Source: Alloprevotella sp.
GTDB taxonomy: Bacteria > Bacteroidota > Bacteroidia > Bacteroidales > Bacteroidaceae
Length of the DNA stretch: 53,804 nucleotides
NCBI GenBank assembly: GCA_051892575.1
Contig: JBJFGJ010000062.1
Location: forward strand, 1 to 53,804
Reading direction: 5' to 3'
Shown: in pieces, positions 48,713-53,804 of the stretch
Layout: every line of letters starts with the position of its first letter
Numbering within the stretch: the stretch's first letter is position 1
Program-made: the position numbers and the translations under genes
Notes under the pieces: generated by a model
Databases searched by the model: none
What the model was told of the DNA's origin: nothing
The model's input: the letters and a program-made list of their open reading frames with translations, nothing else

Positions 48713-48866
48713 TTTGTCTTTTTCTGAACGGCCGGATAGGGGTATCTTTGAGTAAACAAAAAGAGAGTGCCCCCGAATGAAGGGCACTCTCTTTGGTTTC
48801 AGGCCGTTACGGGCCTAAGGACAGGAATTTCTGCGATACTGACAGTTTTTTCTCCCATAAGGACAG
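48713..48866 (+). repeat. Dispersed ~155-bp intergenic element, copy C
   Basis: TTTGTCTTTT, GAGAGTGCCC/GGGCACTCTC hairpin, TACGGGCCTAAGGACAG; unit centres at 48817, 48838 and 48859. Confidence 0.75.
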
Positions 48867-49152
48867 GAACAATTTTCTCTAATCTCATTGTTTTTTCTGC
48901 CTTTTCCCGTCGATTTTTCTCGGCTTCCTGTCTTCCGTCGGCTGCTGAGTGTGAATAAACACTTAATTTCGTCACGATTGACCACCTTTATTGAACTTCG
49001 CCGAAGCCACAAAAATCGCGATGAAACCGATGTTTTTTGTCTGGGAAAGCAGACAATTCGCCGATAGAGGCCGGCAGACTTGCCGACATGGCACAAAAAC
49101 ACTATTTTTGCCTCTTAACTATGCATGGATGTTTAACCCCAAACAATGTGAG

Positions 49153-49488
49153 ATGAAAACACTGATAGCCTGCTGCGGTCTGGACTGTGAAAAATGCGAG
49201 GCCCGCGTGGCAACCGTAAACGACGACGACGCGCTGCGCCGAGAAGTGGCCCGCAAATGGGCAGAATGGAACAACGCACCTTATATCCGTGCCGAGCACA
49301 TCAACTGCATGGGCTGCCGCTCCGCCGGTTGCAAAACCTATTATTGCACGGAGATGTGTGCCATTCGCCGCTGCGTGATGTCCAGAAACTTTGCCACCTG
49401 TGCCGAATGTCACGAAAAATCCACCTGTACGCTTTTGGGCGAAGTGGCCAAGAATGCGCCTGAAGTGTGGGACAATTTGAAAGATTAA
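49153..49488 (+). CDS. DUF3795 Cys-rich protein
   Basis: IACCGLDC..C, C.GC, C.IR.C......CAEC.E...C. Confidence 0.8.
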   Translation: MKTLIACCGLDCEKCEARVATVNDDDALRREVARKWAEWNNAPYIRAEHINCMGCRSAGCKTYYCTEMCAIRRCVMSRNFATCAECHEKSTCTLLGEVAKNAPEVWDNLKD

Positions 49489-49613
49489 CGGCATAAGGAC
49501 AAAAATTGCGCGAATAAGGCCGGGAAAAACGCGACCTATTCCCGCAAGAGTTTGAATATGCAAAAAAGAGGCCCTTTTAGGGCCCCTCTCTCCCATCCTA
49601 CCAAAAAAATATC
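49489..49613 (-). repeat. Dispersed intergenic element, copy D (partial); its hairpin may terminate recO
   Basis: Hairpin 49568-49588 plus T6 on the minus strand; unit centres at 49537, 49516 and 49495. Confidence 0.65.
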
Positions 49614-49643
49614 GCTATTGAGGCGTAGGAGAAAATTTCACTT

Positions 49644-50369
49644 TCACCGGAAAACCTGCCTCAACACGTCGAGTGATTTGAGTTCGGGAAACGACGGCAG
49701 ATGCTGGCGATAGTAGGCGTTGACATAGGTCAGCGTGCGGTTGCGCTCTTCGCCGGTGAAACGGAACAGGCGCATGGTGCCGTAGTTCATACGCATGAGC
49801 AAGGGGATACGGGCGGCGTCGGCAGGCGGTACGAAGTCGGGATGATCGGGCCGGCCGTCGACAAACACGCCAGCACGGAGGTCGAAACTGCGACCGGGGG
49901 CAAAGGTGTCGAGATTGGGCGAGAAACCCAGGAAACGCGCCAGGCGCATGAGAAAAACCAAATGGAAATTGGAGAAACGGTCCGGCGCGGCGTCAAGCCA
50001 CTGCAACGAACCCAGCAAATAGTCGTAGAGCAAGCCGGGAGGGGTCTCCACACGCACGGCATAGTGCAAAAACTCTGAGAGAAACAAGGCCATCGACGCC
50101 TTATAAGGGTGGGCGTGCAAATCAATAAATCCCTGCACACAGCGCGCCGACGTGGGTTTCTGCAGCGCCCCCGCCTTGCGGCAGTCCCACGTCAACTCCA
50201 CGCAGGTCAAAGGCTGAAAAAGCGTGTGGCGCACGGCCGCACGGGGCGACCGCGAGCGCTTCACCATGAAAGACACGAGGCCGCTCGCGCGTGTCAAGAC
50301 GTCGACAATCAAGCCGTCGTCACCGTATTTTGTGGTACGGAACACCAAGCCTTCAGACTTTATCTGCAT
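49644..50369 (-). CDS. recO: DNA repair protein RecO
   Basis: GLVFRTTKYGD..LIV, FQPL, NFHLVFL..L.RFLGF.P, LKSLDVL. Confidence 0.9.
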   Translation of the reverse strand: MQIKSEGLVFRTTKYGDDGLIVDVLTRASGLVSFMVKRSRSPRAAVRHTLFQPLTCVELTWDCRKAGALQKPTSARCVQGFIDLHAHPYKASMALFLSEFLHYAVRVETPPGLLYDYLLGSLQWLDAAPDRFSNFHLVFLMRLARFLGFSPNLDTFAPGRSFDLRAGVFVDGRPDHPDFVPPADAARIPLLMRMNYGTMRLFRFTGEERNRTLTYVNAYYRQHLPSFPELKSLDVLRQVFR

Positions 50370-50483
50370 AAATTTGTCCTATATATAATAAGGAGTGGGA
50401 TAGAAACGGGAGCACGCACATCCGATATAGAAGCGCGAAGTCCAAGCAAAAATACAGATTTTTCAAAAAAAGACGCGAAAAGT

Positions 50484-50514
50484 TTTGGAGTATGAAAAAA
50501 ATCTCCTACTTTTG
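50484..50514 (+). promoter_or_regulatory. -33/-7 promoter for tRNA-Glu-rpsT
   Basis: TTTG-N19-TACTTTTG. Confidence 0.75.
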
Positions 50515-50557
50515 CACTCGCAAATCAGCCCGCAAGGACTGAACAGCCACTTCAGGC

Positions 50558-50629
50558 GGTCCCTTCGTCTATCGGTTAGGACGAGAGATTTTCATTCTCT
50601 AAAGAGCGGTTCGATTCCGCTAGGGACTA
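50558..50629 (+). tRNA. tRNA-Glu(TTC)
   Basis: Acceptor GGTCCCT/AGGGACT, anticodon arm AGAGA-TT-TTC-AT-TCTCT. Confidence 0.95.
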
Positions 50630-50655
50630 CAAAATAAAAAAACGACACACAAACA

Positions 50656-50910
50656 ATGGCAAACCACAAATCATCTGTAAAGAGAATTCGTCAGACTGCC
50701 GCACGCAGACTGCACAACAGATACTACGCCAAGACTATGCGTAACGCTGTGCGCAAGCTCCGCGCCACTACTGACAAGGCTGCAGCCACCGAGCTCCTGC
50801 CCAAAGTGCAGAAGATGCTCGACAAGCTCGCCAAAAACAACATCATTCACAAAAACAAGGCCGCTAACATCAAGTCAAGTCTTGCCCTTCACGTGAATGG
50901 TTTGGCCTAA
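50656..50910 (+). CDS. rpsT: 30S ribosomal protein S20
   Basis: [13 protein letters not shown]..., [11 protein letters not shown]. Confidence 0.97.
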   Translation: MANHKSSVKRIRQTAARRLHNRYYAKTMRNAVRKLRATTDKAAATELLPKVQKMLDKLAKNNIIHKNKAANIKSSLALHVNGLA

Positions 50911-50934
50911 TCAGCCAGAGATTGTTAAAGACTT

Positions 50935-50973
50935 AAGCAGACCGCTTCAACTCTGAAGACGGTCTGTTTTTTT
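50935..50973 (+). terminator. rpsT terminator
   Basis: AAGCAGACCG..CGGTCTGTTT followed by T-run. Confidence 0.85.
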
Positions 50974-51112
50974 GTATGCCAACGTTTGATGGGGCTGCGA
51001 TAGCAACATAATCCTCCCCGCTCATTGGGGCACAAATCCAACGATTTGGCCAAATGGGCAAAAGTCGCTAACTTGCCTCAAAATTCTTATTACCTGAAAA
51101 ACACCATACCTT

Positions 51113-53804
51113 ATGCGCAATCTTTTCTCTCTGAACTTGCTGCTGGCGGCAGGCTTGCTGGTCGGCGAAACGACCATGGCACAGACCACCAATACCCCAC
51201 CAATACCCAAAACCTACCGGCCCTCCAACCACAAAATGTATCACAAAGGCTGGATCGACTTCAACAAAAACGGCACAAAAGACACCTACGAAGACCCCTC
51301 GGCACCTATTGAGGAGCGCGTCGAAGACCTGCTCAGACAAATGACCGTGGAGGAGAAAACCTGCCAGATGGTGACGCTTTATGGCTATGGCCGTGTGCTG
51401 AAAGACGATCTGCCCAATGCGTCGTGGAAGACGGCGCTGTGGAAAGACGGCATCGGCGCCATCGACGAGCATCTTAACGGCTTCAGGCAATGGGGGCTAC
51501 CCCCTTCTGACAATCCCTATGTGTGGCCGGCCTCTCGTCATGCCTGGGCCATCAACGAGGTGCAGCGCTTTTTCGTGGAAGAAACGCGTCTGGGCATACC
51601 GGCCGACATGACCAACGAGGGCATTAGAGGCGTGGAAGCCTATAAGGCGACCAACTTTCCCACACAGTTAGGATTGGGCCACACGTGGGACCGCGATCTG
51701 GTGCGCCGCGTGGGCTACATCACGGGACGGGAAGGCAAACTGCTGGGCTATACCAACATCTATGCACCTATACTCGACGTGGGACGCGACCAGCGATGGG
51801 GACGATACGAAGAGGTCTACGGCGAAGCGCCCTACTTGGTCGCCGAACTGGGTATAGCCATGACCAACGGTCTCCAAAAAGACGCCGGCGTGGCCGCCAC
51901 GGGCAAACACTTCATTGCCTACAGCAACAACAAAGGTGCACGCGAGGGCTTTTCGCGGTGCGACCCGCAAATGTCACCACGAGAGGTAGAGATGGTGCAC
52001 GTCTATCCCTGGCAGCGCGTGATTGGCGAAACCGGGCTTTGGGGCGTGATGAGTTCGTACAACGACTATGACGGTTTCCCCATCCAGAGCAGCTACTACT
52101 GGCTGATGCAACGCCTGCGCGGCGACTTTGGTTTCAAAGGCTACATCGTCTCAGACAGCGACGCTGTGGAATATCTTTATGCCAAACACCATACGGCCCG
52201 AGACATGGTGGAAGCCGTGTTGCAAAGCGTGCGTGCCGGACTGAATGTGCGGTGCACGTTCCGCTCGACAGAGTCGTATGTGTTGCCCTTGCGCGAGCTT
52301 ATCAAACAAGGGGCCTTGTCTATGCAAACCATCGACGACCGCGTGCGCGACATTCTTCGCGTAAAGTTTGCCATCGGCTTGTTTGACCAGCCTTACCAGA
52401 CAGACCTTCAGGCCGCCGACCGCGAAGTGAACAGCAACGAACATCAAGCCGTGGCCTTGGAAGCTGCCCGCAAGTCGCTCGTACTCTTAAAGAACGAAGG
52501 CGGCCTGCTGCCACTTTGCCGCGACAGCATACGCCGCATTGCCGTGTGTGGCCCTAACGCCGCAGCCACCACACACGTCTTGACCCACTATGGCCCGCTG
52601 GCCGTAGACGTCACGACCATTCTCGACGGACTGAAAGCCAAAGCCGCACCGGGCACTATAATCGACTACACCAAAGGCTGCGATCTGGTGGACGCCAACT
52701 GGCCCGAGAGCGAACTAGTGAGGGAGCCTCTCACGGCGGCAGAGCAGGCAGAAATTGACAAGGCTGTGGAAATGGCCCGAAAGAGCGATGTGGCTGTGGT
52801 CGTATTGGGTGGCAACACGCGCACTTGTGGCGAAAACAAATCGCGCTCAAGCCTGGAGCTGCCCGGCCGGCAAAACGACCTGTTGCAAGCCGTCGTGGCC
52901 ACGGGCAAACCCGTGGTGCTCGTGCTCATCAACGGCCGACCGCTCACCATCAACTGGGCCGACCGCCATGTGCCGGCCATTCTCGAGGCTTGGTACCCGG
53001 GTTCTCAAGGCGGAACGGCTGTGGCCGAGGCTTTGTTTGGCGACATCAATCCCGGCGGCAAACTCACCGTGACTTTCCCCAAGACCGTAGGACAAATACC
53101 CTTTAACTTTCCGGCCAAACCGGCTTCGCAAGTCAACGGCGGCAGCGGTACGGGTATGGGCGGCAATATGAGCCGCGCCGCCGGGGCACTCTATCCCTTC
53201 GGCTACGGACTGAGCTACACCACTTTTAAATATAGCAACCTCGCGGTCTCGCCGACGGTGGTCTCTGATTGCCAAGAAGTCTGCGTGGAATGTGACCTCA
53301 CCAACACAGGCGACACCGAAGGCGACGAAGTCGTACAACTCTACATCCGCGACCTACAGAGCAGCGTGACCACATACGAGAAAAACCTTGTGGGCTTTGA
53401 GCGCGTCCATTTGAAGCCTGGCGAAAGCCGTCACGTGTCTTTCACCATCAACCCGCGCGACTTGCGGCTGCTCAACGCCGACGGTCATTGGGTGGTGGAA
53501 CCGGGAGACTTTAAAGTCATGGTGGCGGCCTCTTCGGTCGACACGCGTCTGGAAGGCACTTTCACTGTGGCTCCCTATGGCGAACAAACCACTCTGCAGT
53601 CGAAGCCTGAGGCCATCGTGCTGGCCGGCGGCAAAGGGACAGCAGCAGCTTTGACCGACAACAACCCCGCCACAGGCTGGCAGGCCGCGGCAGGACAATA
53701 TGCCACCTTTACCCTAAAAGACAATGCCGAGCCCAAGCAAATGCGCATCCGATGGGGCGACCACAGCACCGATGCTGAGTTTGAAATCCAACTGTCAAGC
53801 GGTG
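51113..53804 (+). CDS. GH3 beta-glycosidase with Fn3-like and probable F5/8 (CBM32-like) C-domain; 3'-truncated
   Basis: Absent from the ORF track because no stop lies in the window. Manual translation: MRNLFSLNLLLAAGLL.., GWIDFNKNG, RLGIP, RWGRYEE, KHFIAY, IVSDS, YPFGYGLSYTTF, EVVQLY. Confidence 0.9.
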   Translation, partial: MRNLFSLNLLLAAGLLVGETTMAQTTNTPPIPKTYRPSNHKMYHKGWIDFNKNGTKDTYEDPSAPIEERVEDLLRQMTVEEKTCQMVTLYGYGRVLKDDLPNASWKTALWKDGIGAIDEHLNGFRQWGLPPSDNPYVWPASRHAWAINEVQRFFVEETRLGIPADMTNEGIRGVEAYKATNFPTQLGLGHTWDRDLVRRVGYITGREGKLLGYTNIYAPILDVGRDQRWGRYEEVYGEAPYLVAELGIAMTNGLQKDAGVAATGKHFIAYSNNKGAREGFSRCDPQMSPREVEMVHVYPWQRVIGETGLWGVMSSYNDYDGFPIQSSYYWLMQRLRGDFGFKGYIVSDSDAVEYLYAKHHTARDMVEAVLQSVRAGLNVRCTFRSTESYVLPLRELIKQGALSMQTIDDRVRDILRVKFAIGLFDQPYQTDLQAADREVNSNEHQAVALEAARKSLVLLKNEGGLLPLCRDSIRRIAVCGPNAAATTHVLTHYGPLAVDVTTILDGLKAKAAPGTIIDYTKGCDLVDANWPESELVREPLTAAEQAEIDKAVEMARKSDVAVVVLGGNTRTCGENKSRSSLELPGRQNDLLQAVVATGKPVVLVLINGRPLTINWADRHVPAILEAWYPGSQGGTAVAEALFGDINPGGKLTVTFPKTVGQIPFNFPAKPASQVNGGSGTGMGGNMSRAAGALYPFGYGLSYTTFKYSNLAVSPTVVSDCQEVCVECDLTNTGDTEGDEVVQLYIRDLQSSVTTYEKNLVGFERVHLKPGESRHVSFTINPRDLRLLNADGHWVVEPGDFKVMVAASSVDTRLEGTFTVAPYGEQTTLQSKPEAIVLAGGKGTAAALTDNNPATGWQAAAGQYATFTLKDNAEPKQMRIRWGDHSTDAEFEIQLSSG

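Noticed and set aside
51187-51208. 11-bp tandem CACCAATACCC in the GH3 5' region as a phase-variation tract
   Set aside because: Only two copies and the frame is intact; insufficient evidence

Overview
Core-genome stretch of a Bacteroidales bacterium (Prevotellaceae-like; inferred from TAnnTTTG -7 promoters and gene content). It carries about 39 CDS and 5 tRNA genes (one partial). Housekeeping genes include ino1/MIPS, dusB, ribF, argB, manC-like, tdh, queG, a DEAD-box helicase, speA, aroK, topA, ung, cysK, recO and rpsT. Other genes include a compact Wzx/Wzz/Wzy/GT2/GT2 polysaccharide cluster, a Hanks-type kinase, a DUF2723 GT-C protein and a GH3 that runs off the end. No transposase, integrase, phage or CRISPR array was seen. 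Four items stand out. (1) A metal/iron-uptake-type operon (porin, imelysin, di-heme DHOR lipoprotein, CcsBA) whose first gene is a 75-aa secreted micro-protein with an ApbE-type flavinylation motif (DIVTGAS); its stop overlaps the porin start. (2) A colinear ~155-bp non-coding element present four times, with a hairpin and three 21-bp-periodic units. (3) Two elements with the same repeat geometry but different core motifs. (4) A candidate ~90-nt sRNA that shares an identically placed ATACC-N8-GGTAT box with the cysK-luxR promoter. All product calls come from motif recognition by eye; no database searches were run.
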